A stretch of DNA of 35,937 nucleotides from a virus (taxonomy: Duplodnaviria > Caudoviricetes), in the IMG/VR virus record IMGVR_UViG_3300032303_002215, positions 1 to 35,937 of that record. One strand, 5' to 3'. The notes beneath the pieces are model-generated. The model worked only from the letters and a program-made list of their open reading frames with translations, was not told the origin of the DNA and did not search any database. Positions 27,711 through 35,937 of this stretch are shown one piece after another (position 1 is the stretch's first letter; the number at the start of each line of letters is the position of its first letter). Position numbers and translations under genes: made by a program.

Positions 27711-30700
27711 TTATGGACTTAGTCCTGTCTTTTTAAACTCATCTTTAGAGACTGTTTTTCCATCAATGTAGTAGTTAGCAATCTCATTTACTGGGTTTGC
27801 CGTAAAGAATCTAATTAAATTGATAGCAGTTGATAAAGTTGCTTCTTTTAATTCCTTTGCTTCCTCTAATTTAACTGTATTACTTTTTGGAGAGATTTCC
27901 ATGGGGGGAGGAGGTTTAATAGGAGTTGTCACTCCCGTGGGGTTGGCTGCAGCTGACCCAACCCTACCAACCACCGGGTTAGTCGATATTAGCCTTGCTC
28001 TGTCTGCTGCTTCCTTAACTTTAGCTTCAGCAATTTTTGTTTGCTCGCTACGGAAATTTAGGTTTTGAACAGTAGTTGCTGTCCTTGCGGCCTCTCCTGT
28101 AACAATGCGACCTTCTGCATCATACTTTATAGCACCAAGTCTTTTACCTCCAGCACCAATACGAGCAAGTGCAGTTGATACACCAGAAGATATTTCATCA
28201 ATAGTTATGTTTTTACTTTGAGCAGTTCTGCCAGCTGCAGTGGCATTTACTGCAGTCTGAATAAGATCTTGAGCCGCTTGGCTACTTGGATTTACCAGTG
28301 TTCTAGTTACATCTGCACCCCCCTGCGACATAAGTTCAGTAATAATTGCTTTAATTCCACTAGCGCCAAGATTTGCATTTGTAGCCGTTTCTGTCCCTGA
28401 AATTTTTTGAGATTCTAAACGTAGTCTTTCGGTAGCTATAGCAGCTTTTTTAGGGCTTAATCCAGCAGCAATAAAACTTTCACCAATTTGTTTAGTTTTT
28501 TCAATAGTAAGTAGCTTAGATTTTATATCATTTGCTGTAACAAGTTTAATATGGTCAAGCTCTGCTTGGGCAGTTAAATTTGCACCCTCAATTGCACCAG
28601 CAACGATTGAGCCAAGACCAACAAGGCTACTAATAATAAGCCCAGGAAGTCCAGGAATAAATGATGTAAACATTGACACAGCGCCCAGGATTTGTGACAA
28701 AGCCCCTTGCATTGGGACACCAACCGCGGATGCAAGCGCTTGAGGTAGGCCTAAAGCAAAAGCTCCTCCAACACCACCAAGAGCAGTTCTAGTTTTTGAA
28801 AAAGGCAACTTCTCACCACCAATCCCTGCCATATCTAGAGCACTATTAGATCTTATGCCTCCATTTGCTCGAACTCCTGCAGATAGTCCTTTTAAAGTAA
28901 TAGCTCCTTTTTGCCTAGCTTTATCAAGTTCAATATTTAATGACTTCAGCTGCTGGTTAGTTGCACCGGCAGCCCTTGCCATTTCTAGTAAAAATTCTTG
29001 CTTTCGTTTAGCTGTAGCCGAAAAAACAATTTTTTTCATTTCCATACTTGTTTTAACTAGGGCTTGAACAAGACTAGATCCATCTGTTCTTAATTTAATA
29101 ACATTGGATCTAAATGCTGTTATATATGAACTAGTTTTAAATACTGCTGCACCGACACCACCAACAGCAATTGCTCCCTTTTCTAGAATACCAAAAGCAA
29201 CCATTCCAGCTTTTGCAAATAAAAATGTTACTGCTGTAGCAGCTAAAATAAATGCATGGAATTTATTAAGAGTATCAAGTAGTGGCTTTATTATTTCAAA
29301 AAATCCAGCCAAACTCTCAACAATTGTCGAGAGTGTATCCATAAAAATAGTAAGAGCCGATGAGTCTGAAAGTGCTGCAAAAAACTTAGCAATGGAGACT
29401 ACTAATCTGGCAAATGCAGGGCTAGCTGCTATACCATCCGTAAAAAGTTTACGAAGGGGGGCAACAGCTCCTTGTAAAATAAGAAAAAAGTTTTTAAGTT
29501 CCGGCCTATCAGCAGTGTCAAGAAGAATATGAAGAATTTGACCAATAGTACTAAATGCAATAGTGGCAGTTTCTGTGGTTGTTTTAAGCCACTGAGCAAA
29601 CCCAGCTGAGCTTGTAAACATCCTAAAACCTTCAGCAATTTTTGAAAGCCATTGAAGGATTACACCACCGGCACCAGCATTCACATCGCCACCCGGGAAC
29701 GTTGCATTGACAATGTTTCTAATTCCATCAAATACTTTACCAAATACATCTCCAAGTTTAGCGGCAACGTCCCCAGAAAGATTAAAAAATCTAGTCAAAG
29801 ACCCATCAGCAAGTCCTGACTTAGCCCAAGATTCAAATCCTTTAGCACTACTAGTTACCCACTCAGAGAATCGTGCAGTTATGGGAGCAGCGGCATGTAG
29901 CATAGCAAGTAATCCCCCAAAACTTGCTGAAACCGAGTCACCAAATGCTTTAATTGAAGGAATAGAGTCTTTGAAAAACTCATTAAGAAGTTTTAAATTT
30001 TCTTTATTTGTAAATCCTTTAGAGATGGCAAGCATTGCGCCACCCATTGCAGATCCAAGGACAACAAGTCCATTCTTAAGAGTGGGAAGCATTTTGTTAG
30101 TTACCAAATCAATGGCTTGCTGCAGCGGACCAAGAAATGCTCCAGCAGCTGCTTCTTTAAGCTCTCTATATTTTGGTTTAATTCCAATTAAGTATTCAGC
30201 AAATTTTCTTTGAGATGCTGTCAAAAGATTCATAGCCTGGTTCATTCCACCAGGATTATTTCGTTTTATAATTCCAGCTACACCTTCGGCAGCTTGTTTT
30301 GCCGTAAGCTCATTTCTAGCTTTTGCTCGTCTATAGTTTAATTCCGCTTGTTGGTACTGTAGCTCTGTCTCGCGTCTAAGTCTACTGTCTGGGGGTAGAT
30401 CTTGAACTCTAGCAAGCTCTTCACGGGCTTTTTCTAAACTAATAGCAGCTTCTTGCTCACTTAAAGCTGCTTCTTCAGCATCAAACTTAAGGCCTTGAAG
30501 TTCTCTACGAGCTACAGTAAGTGCTCTAGAGTATTGTATTTGAGCTTGAGTACTCTGACTTACAGCAGCCATTACCCCACCCATTGCTACTTTAGCTGCA
30601 ATAAAGCCAGCCCCGACTCCGGCCATAGCTCCACCAAGGGCAGTCATAGATGCAATAGCTGCACCAGCCACACCAACAAGTGCTAAAATACCGCCAACAA

Positions 30701-31457
30701 GGGCTCCAATAGAACCAACTACAATAGAAAGGACAGTTTGTAATAAATACCCAACACGTTGCATCTTATAGAAAGCATTAGCAGCTCGCTCAGCGCTTGA
30801 TTTTACTCTTTCAAGTGAAGCTCCAGCAATACCAAGCGCACGTGCATATCTTTGAACAGCATTCTCATCTTTATGCCATTTTTGACCAATTAATAAACCT
30901 TTTTCAAAACCACGACGGATATTTTCAGCAATACTTCTAGTCATATCTCGTCTGTCTAGACGATCAGAAAACCTGCTGTGCTCATTAGCGGCGCGAGATA
31001 GAAATCCTTGAATATTTTCTAGTTCTTTTTTACTTACTTTTTCACCCCTACGAGCACGTTGCTCAGCTTGCGTTCCAGCATAGTCAGTAAATGCGGCAGT
31101 TCTTTTTCTCTCTTCAATGTCAAGAATTTTTGAAATATTTTCTAGTTTAGTACGCATACGAATTTGTTTTTTAAGTTGGTCTTCTGCAACAGCACCCAAC
31201 TTAGTAAGTTTAGCAATTTGAGCATCTATATCTCCAATTTGTTTACGTATATCAGCTTCAGCTTTACTTTGTCGACTCTTAGAGGCTTTTGCTCTCTCTT
31301 CTTCTACAGCTTGTAGTTCTTTAATAGCATCAGCTAATTTAACATTAGTTTCAATCATTGTTTGTGTAGCATTTACAGCAGCACGCATATCCTCAGCAGC
31401 TTTTCGAGCATTTGTGGTAACTTGAATAAAGACGTCACCAATTTTTTCACCAGCCAT
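27711..31457 (-). CDS. Tape measure protein
   Basis: 1248 aa, Ala/Gly-rich helical with hydrophobic stretches. Lies between the chaperones and Dit. Confidence 0.92.
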   Translation of the reverse strand: MAGEKIGDVFIQVTTNARKAAEDMRAAVNATQTMIETNVKLADAIKELQAVEEERAKASKSRQSKAEADIRKQIGDIDAQIAKLTKLGAVAEDQLKKQIRMRTKLENISKILDIEERKRTAAFTDYAGTQAEQRARRGEKVSKKELENIQGFLSRAANEHSRFSDRLDRRDMTRSIAENIRRGFEKGLLIGQKWHKDENAVQRYARALGIAGASLERVKSSAERAANAFYKMQRVGYLLQTVLSIVVGSIGALVGGILALVGVAGAAIASMTALGGAMAGVGAGFIAAKVAMGGVMAAVSQSTQAQIQYSRALTVARRELQGLKFDAEEAALSEQEAAISLEKAREELARVQDLPPDSRLRRETELQYQQAELNYRRAKARNELTAKQAAEGVAGIIKRNNPGGMNQAMNLLTASQRKFAEYLIGIKPKYRELKEAAAGAFLGPLQQAIDLVTNKMLPTLKNGLVVLGSAMGGAMLAISKGFTNKENLKLLNEFFKDSIPSIKAFGDSVSASFGGLLAMLHAAAPITARFSEWVTSSAKGFESWAKSGLADGSLTRFFNLSGDVAAKLGDVFGKVFDGIRNIVNATFPGGDVNAGAGGVILQWLSKIAEGFRMFTSSAGFAQWLKTTTETATIAFSTIGQILHILLDTADRPELKNFFLILQGAVAPLRKLFTDGIAASPAFARLVVSIAKFFAALSDSSALTIFMDTLSTIVESLAGFFEIIKPLLDTLNKFHAFILAATAVTFLFAKAGMVAFGILEKGAIAVGGVGAAVFKTSSYITAFRSNVIKLRTDGSSLVQALVKTSMEMKKIVFSATAKRKQEFLLEMARAAGATNQQLKSLNIELDKARQKGAITLKGLSAGVRANGGIRSNSALDMAGIGGEKLPFSKTRTALGGVGGAFALGLPQALASAVGVPMQGALSQILGAVSMFTSFIPGLPGLIISSLVGLGSIVAGAIEGANLTAQAELDHIKLVTANDIKSKLLTIEKTKQIGESFIAAGLSPKKAAIATERLRLESQKISGTETATNANLGASGIKAIITELMSQGGADVTRTLVNPSSQAAQDLIQTAVNATAAGRTAQSKNITIDEISSGVSTALARIGAGGKRLGAIKYDAEGRIVTGEAARTATTVQNLNFRSEQTKIAEAKVKEAADRARLISTNPVVGRVGSAAANPTGVTTPIKPPPPMEISPKSNTVKLEEAKELKEATLSTAINLIRFFTANPVNEIANYYIDGKTVSKDEFKKTGLSP

Positions 31458-31470
31458 GATTTTTCACCCC

Positions 31471-31899
31471 CTACCCTAGTGGTTGGTCAAGAATGTCCCC
31501 AAAAGGACGCTCGACATTGTTAGTTAGTTCCGTAGGCGGAACATAGGCCTTTGTTTGTTTTACTCTAGGGCTAAACGGCTGAATTGGATCTTCAACCTCT
31601 TCAACTTCTTCTGGAAGAATTTCATCAAAATCTTTTATATCTTCTTTTTCTTTTTCAGAGTAATAAGCATAATCAACGCTGTACATATCTTTATAGATCT
31701 TGCTTCTAAAGATATCTTTATACTCAGATTCTTCAAAAGTAGAGTATCGATAGTCTTCCTCAAAAAAGTAATGGAGTACGTCTAGCATGTCAGCTGCTTC
31801 CATCTGTACCAGACGTAACCCATTTACTATTCCTTTACCGTTTACGTATGGCCATACGTTGAGGCTCCATGCTAGGAGGCCTCGGACTGCTCCAAAGGG
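31471..31899 (-). CDS. Tail assembly chaperone GT, C-terminal part (reached by -1 frameshift)
   Basis: The frame of ORF 31471..31803 stays open upstream to the slippery site: PFGAVRGLLAWSLNVWPYVNGKG...MEAADML. Confidence 0.8.
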   Translation of the reverse strand, partial: PFGAVRGLLAWSLNVWPYVNGKGIVNGLRLVQMEAADMLDVLHYFFEEDYRYSTFEESEYKDIFRSKIYKDMYSVDYAYYSEKEKEDIKDFDEILPEEVEEVEDPIQPFSPRVKQTKAYVPPTELTNNVERPFGDILDQPLG

Positions 31900-32213
31900 C
31901 GGTCAGTATACTCCTCAATTAGCCAAGCAGTGATATCAGTTAATGTCTCAATTGTGACAATTTTATCTTTGCCATTGATTAGTTTATTAAATCTTTCAAG
32001 ACTTTCATCTGTAAGAACTGCTTCAAAAAATTTAATAGTTGTAGCAGAAGACTTAGCGGGATCATCTGATGAAGAGTCCGCGATAAGATCAAGGAGAGTC
32101 TTACCCTGTAGTACGGGAATACACTTAAATTCTTCTCCGTAAATTTTAAAAACTACTGGCTCACGTACTTCTCCTGATGCAGAGCCGCTACCAAAATCTT
32201 TAAATCTAGCCAT
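31872..32213 (-). CDS. Tail assembly chaperone G
   Basis: 113 aa upstream of the TMP, ending WLIEEYTDRPL, with an AAGGA RBS. Confidence 0.85.
   Translation of the reverse strand: MARFKDFGSGSASGEVREPVVFKIYGEEFKCIPVLQGKTLLDLIADSSSDDPAKSSATTIKFFEAVLTDESLERFNKLINGKDKIVTIETLTDITAWLIEEYTDRPLEQSEAS
31893..31899 (-). other. -1 programmed ribosomal frameshift site CCCTTTG
   Basis: C CCT TTG in X XXY YYZ register, with hairpins downstream. Confidence 0.8.
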
Positions 32214-32252
32214 CGTTATTTTCCTTCTTTCATTCGTGTTTGTGGAAATCTG

Positions 32253-32705
32253 TTATTTCAGATATAACCATTTTACATTGTCTGACAAGAACTGATTTGC
32301 TTTAGTCCCTGGGTGATTGACAGATCTGCGAATAATTTTAGTTGTTCCTTTAGAAATATAAGCCATGTCTTTAGGTTGATTTGGCATAAAAGCTAATGAT
32401 CTTTTACTTCTAGGGCTAATTTTATGTGGTTTAGTTCCTTTATGAACATAGACAGCATAGGGAACATTAAATGTGCCAATTCTAATAGTTTGACCAACGT
32501 TTGGTAATTTTCTATGACCCGATACACGAATACTCTTTTTCAGTCTACCCGGTATAGATCTGTTTCCACCGCGAACAATTGGAGCATCCCTACGTGCATA
32601 ATGTGAAAAACGACGAGCTCTTTTTTGCAGATCTAGACCGACCATGCCATTAGGTTTAAATAAAACAATATCAATAATATTGTTCATTTGAGTTGCTTTA
32701 GCCAT
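32253..32705 (-). CDS. HK97 gp10-like tail completion/neck protein
   Basis: AP....G.LKKSI...YAVYVHKGTKPH.I...V.HPGTKANQFL. Confidence 0.8.
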   Translation of the reverse strand: MAKATQMNNIIDIVLFKPNGMVGLDLQKRARRFSHYARRDAPIVRGGNRSIPGRLKKSIRVSGHRKLPNVGQTIRIGTFNVPYAVYVHKGTKPHKISPRSKRSLAFMPNQPKDMAYISKGTTKIIRRSVNHPGTKANQFLSDNVKWLYLK

Positions 32706-33199
32706 TATGGAACCGCTAGGGTCAAATCCATACTAACAATTTGAAATCCACCCTCTGGCTCAACAATATCCAGACTAGCAATAACACCAAGACCGTAGCT
32801 TCCGTCATTCCATTGATCAAATAGATATAAAGATTGCATTAAAACCCATGCATCAATAGCGGATGCGTAAGATGCTTCTTCAATTTTATTTCCAGAAGGT
32901 GGGCGACCATTTTGTCCAACTACTGGAAAATTACGTGCAATACTGATAGTAACAGTAGCAGTTCTAGGCATATTGCACCTAGTTGGCTCATTTACGGGCT
33001 GACCTGGGGCACCTAAATACATAGAATTTAAAGATACAACGAGCTGATCGCAGTCGACTACGGCTGTACCCATTGTCCAATATTGACGAGCAGGTAGTGG
33101 AACATTGTATGACTGATAGACGTTACACACTTTTTCAAGGATACCGTCTAGCATATTTTTAACATTTAGCGCATCTTGCGATACTTCTGTAATATCCAC
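32705..33199 (-). CDS. Putative tail terminator
   Basis: Position between the adaptor and gp10-like gene. Motifs DCDQLVV and P.GG. Confidence 0.55.
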   Translation of the reverse strand: MDITEVSQDALNVKNMLDGILEKVCNVYQSYNVPLPARQYWTMGTAVVDCDQLVVSLNSMYLGAPGQPVNEPTRCNMPRTATVTISIARNFPVVGQNGRPPSGNKIEEASYASAIDAWVLMQSLYLFDQWNDGSYGLGVIASLDIVEPEGGFQIVSMDLTLAVP

Positions 33200-33216
33200 T
33201 ACCTACCGCCTATCTA

Positions 33217-33387
33217 CTATTCTTCGTCTTCTGAGATTTTGTCTTGCTCAACAACTGGCTCTGGAGTAATTTCTACCGCGGGAGGGGCAAAAAATGCTGG
33301 CTTTTGTACAGCCGGAGCTGCTGGCTTAACTGTCTTCTTTCCGCCAAGCATGTCTGCAGCGGTGAAGTTTGTCTGAATTCCTGTCAT
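33217..33387 (-). CDS. Small Pro/Ala-rich, acidic-tailed protein (56 aa)
   Basis: Start more plausibly ATG 33387 after AGGAAAAAC: MTGIQTNFTAADMLGG...EDEE. Confidence 0.65.
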   Translation of the reverse strand: MTGIQTNFTAADMLGGKKTVKPAAPAVQKPAFFAPPAVEITPEPVVEQDKISEDEE

Positions 33388-33394
33388 GTTTTTC

Positions 33395-34507
33395 CTAACT
33401 GTATAGCTTGACCTGGAGGTTCCCAGTCTCAAGTTCGGATAGATTCACTACGTTACCAACTGTTTTGGTAGCGTAGAGAGTCCATGTCCCTGGGTCAACT
33501 GCCCCAAGAGCTTTATATGCTTCATCATATGTGATGGTGAATGCCACAGTATTACTAACTGCGTTTGTAGCAATATTTGCAGTTAAAATATCAACCGTGC
33601 GAGTGCTTCCTGCACTTCGTAAAGTGACTACTGGAGACCAACCTGTTTGAGCAAAAAAGATGGAGACATCGGAGGATACAGCATTGGCCGAAGACCAAAA
33701 TGCATTATTACGTTGGACAATTGTCAGATCATATTGAGTGTTTGCAGTAAGTACATTTGATTTTGGCGTGTAGCGACGAGCTCTTGGCTGGTCAGGTGAG
33801 AAAACTCGAGCTCGAGCTTTTGCTCTGTCTGGGTTGACGGTCTTAAGGAATAAATCAACAGCATATAGACCGGTGCGCATTTCATCAATAAAGTCTTGGC
33901 TATCAAGGAGTGTATAAGAAACGCCCTGACGAGAGATAGAAGTTACACGCTGCGGGAGAGCGCAATCTTCATCACCTGCCCACAATTTAGCAAACTCAAT
34001 GGCAAGTGTGCGAGCTGCCATTTTACCCGCAGCAGGGACAACAGACCCATATGTATAGGTAATTTCTACGTTACAGGGGGTCCAGGGGACACCAGCGGCA
34101 GCCTGAATAGTCGAGTGATCGACCAGGTAGTAGCTTCCTTCACTAAGAATACGACCGTCTCTAGTGCGAATAGAGTGAATTTTAGTTACGGGACGCCCAC
34201 GAAGTTTAATTCGGGACTCGGGAGAGAGGCCATCCGAAACCAATTCAGCATATTCTTGAAAATCGGTGATCGGAATATTGTATACCTCACCAGCAATGAG
34301 TGTTCCGTAATAGTTTTTAGATGACGGGCCCATACGGTAGGCACGCTTAGCACAAACATACTTTTCAGTTACTGTGGTCTCGCCAGTGTATTTTCTTCCA
34401 GACATGGCCCACATAAGATACGATGCAGTTTCGGCTGCCTCCTGCGCATACTCTGTATTTGCGTAGTTGCCGAGCTCAGAGGGCTGTACCCAAAGTGACG
34501 TTCCCAT
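33395..34507 (-). CDS. Head-to-tail adaptor with C-terminal beta-sandwich extension
   Basis: A...AS..MWAMSGRKY, VEITYTYG..VP, CALPQRVTSISRQGVSY and TGL..VD.F. Confidence 0.8.
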   Translation of the reverse strand: MGTSLWVQPSELGNYANTEYAQEAAETASYLMWAMSGRKYTGETTVTEKYVCAKRAYRMGPSSKNYYGTLIAGEVYNIPITDFQEYAELVSDGLSPESRIKLRGRPVTKIHSIRTRDGRILSEGSYYLVDHSTIQAAAGVPWTPCNVEITYTYGSVVPAAGKMAARTLAIEFAKLWAGDEDCALPQRVTSISRQGVSYTLLDSQDFIDEMRTGLYAVDLFLKTVNPDRAKARARVFSPDQPRARRYTPKSNVLTANTQYDLTIVQRNNAFWSSANAVSSDVSIFFAQTGWSPVVTLRSAGSTRTVDILTANIATNAVSNTVAFTITYDEAYKALGAVDPGTWTLYATKTVGNVVNLSELETGNLQVKLYS

Positions 34508-34527
34508 ATGTTTTTCTCTCTAAACTT

Positions 34528-34578
34528 AATCGAGCGGCGTGTCGGCGTGTTTATCACACCGAGGCACGCCGCCCGATT
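34528..34578 (-). terminator. Long GC-rich hairpin after major tail gene
   Basis: Minus strand AATCGGGCGGCGTG...CACGCCGCTCGATT forms a 14-bp basal stem with further apical pairing. Weak U-tract. Confidence 0.7.
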
Positions 34579-34588
34579 TAGTGATTTA

Positions 34589-35683
34589 TTAGGACGTGGG
34601 GTCCTCGTTTGATCCGATAACCTTGTCAACGCTGTTGTCAGGGTTGAAGTTTATGTTACCAGGAACGTTATACGCGGTTCCCGACTCAGTGACTGAGAAG
34701 AGATCAGTTGCAGTAACTGCCGTGTACGTTGGGGTTTCTACGGTCTCATTGAAGACAATAACGTTACCAGTAGCAGCAGCATTGGTGACATTAGAAGCAG
34801 TCTGAGCATAGGTGAAGTAGCTTGAGCCGTTTCCACCAGTGACTGTGACATACCCAGCTCCAGTAGTATCAAATGGTGAGCCAAGTCCAGTAATCAAAAT
34901 CTGATCTCCAGTAACGATAGCATTTGCAGACCCACCAGTGTAGAGGATGTTTGCAACGTTTGCCTGAAGAGCAGCAGCAACAATTGAGTAGGTGTTATTG
35001 CCTTCAGTCCACTTAAAGAATCCGTTAAGACCGGTAGGTGCATAGGTTGTACGTGCGTACGAGTAAGGACGCTCAGCGGCAACCGGGTACTCCCAGCGAC
35101 CATCTGGACCAGCACCAAAGAAGACATTTCCAAGGCCATAACCTTCAAACGTGGTGGCAAGCATTCCATTTTCAATTACGCGGTCACCTGACTGGCGAAG
35201 ACGTGCATAGGGGAATACCCAGTGGAAGTAAGGAAGTGTCGAAGACTTACGACCATCCTTGATTGCGTGCGACCAACATTCAATAGCAACACCAAAACCA
35301 GATGGGTCGTCACCAACAGCGGGTGCAGCCCAACCAATTGACTTGCGGTTAGGCGTAGCAAAGGTTCCAAGGTTCTTTGAAAGAAGCAAACCGCCACCAA
35401 TGAGGTTGGTAAGTTCAGCATCTGGTTCACAGAGTGCAAGCTCCATGGTAATACGCTTAAGGGTGTCGGGAGACTTATAGGTCACGCAGACAACACCGTT
35501 AGCGTTCTTTTCGGTGATTTCGTCGCCTTCTTCATACTCGGGTGTGAAAGAAAGGCGCATAAAGCCAGCCGTAACGTAGCTGTTACCAGCGACGCTAGGG
35601 TCAGCGAGTGAGCCATCAGCATTCAGGCGGGTGACGCGAATCGACACACCCTGAATGCTAGCAGCATATTCTTGAGTAGCCAT
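34589..35683 (-). CDS. Major tail (tube) protein with C-terminal accessory module
   Basis: G..IRVTRL..G, P.YEEG.EI...NANG..C, L.LC..D and Y.HWVFP, typical of actinophage tail tubes. Confidence 0.88.
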   Translation of the reverse strand: MATQEYAASIQGVSIRVTRLNADGSLADPSVAGNSYVTAGFMRLSFTPEYEEGDEITEKNANGVVCVTYKSPDTLKRITMELALCEPDAELTNLIGGGLLLSKNLGTFATPNRKSIGWAAPAVGDDPSGFGVAIECWSHAIKDGRKSSTLPYFHWVFPYARLRQSGDRVIENGMLATTFEGYGLGNVFFGAGPDGRWEYPVAAERPYSYARTTYAPTGLNGFFKWTEGNNTYSIVAAALQANVANILYTGGSANAIVTGDQILITGLGSPFDTTGAGYVTVTGGNGSSYFTYAQTASNVTNAAATGNVIVFNETVETPTYTAVTATDLFSVTESGTAYNVPGNINFNPDNSVDKVIGSNEDPTS

Positions 35684-35703
35684 ATTTAGCTATTTCCTTA
35701 GGT

Positions 35704-35937
35704 TTAGGCTGTCAGATCTACTCTGACAGCAAGGTGGATTGATGTATCAAAGTAGACCGCCGCGGGGCGGATCGCTTTGAGACGCATGTCATTCGCATTT
35801 CCCGACACATCATAAGCTTGTGCCAAGTTATCGTTTACAACATCGATATCGCCCACATATGTGCGAACTGTTCCGGTGCCATAAATCCATTTTGCAGAGT
35901 TGGTTCCCAACTGCTGAATGTAGCCAGTAACCGCTTC
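35704..35937 (-). CDS. 3' end of capsid-associated protein, possibly major capsid pentamer type (5' truncated)
   Basis: Frame open to the window edge. WIYGTG.V...N.....A.R.A.V.FD...AVRV directly upstream of the major tail gene. Confidence 0.5.
   Translation of the reverse strand, partial: EAVTGYIQQLGTNSAKWIYGTGTVRTYVGDIDVVNDNLAQAYDVSGNANDMRLKAIRPAAVYFDTSIHLAVRVDLTA

Noticed and set aside
27711-31457. Peptidoglycan hydrolase domain in the tape measure, or a lysin gene
   Set aside because: No transglycosylase, M23, NlpC or amidase motif recognised. The lysin probably lies outside the window.

Overview
This window is a gene-dense internal segment of a tailed dsDNA phage, most likely a siphovirus of Actinobacteria. 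A WhiB gene, DUF2746-like and DUF669-like genes and actinophage-type head-tail and tail genes support this. The modest GC content, judged by eye, suggests a low-GC or freshwater actinobacterial host (inference). Almost all genes are on the minus strand. Reading right to left, the structural module is: end of a capsid-type gene, major tail protein, head-tail adaptor, tail completion genes, G/GT tail chaperones joined by a -1 frameshift, tape measure, Dit, hub/Tal-type protein and a tail fibre with an S74 chaperone. A replication module follows: PolA, deaminase, RuvC-like resolvase, SNF2 helicase, Cas4-like nuclease, Sak4-like ATPase, SSB, a GT-B-like protein and WhiB. A primase-polymerase/D5 helicase runs off the left edge and is missing from the ORF track. 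One translationally coupled plus-strand operon (2716-8318) carries a metallophosphoesterase, a TagD-like cytidylyltransferase and four glycosyltransferase-like genes. Most notable: (i) one ~70-90 aa beta-rich 'HxF/L-x-x-G-D/Q-x-V' module recurs about 15 times across four tail proteins and appears inserted into copies of itself (nested architecture); (ii) the glycosylation cassette could decorate these S/T/N-rich tail modules; (iii) there is a possible T4-BGT-like DNA glycosyltransferase. No tRNA, rRNA, CRISPR array, integrase or IS element was recognised. Family assignments come from motif recognition, not database searches.
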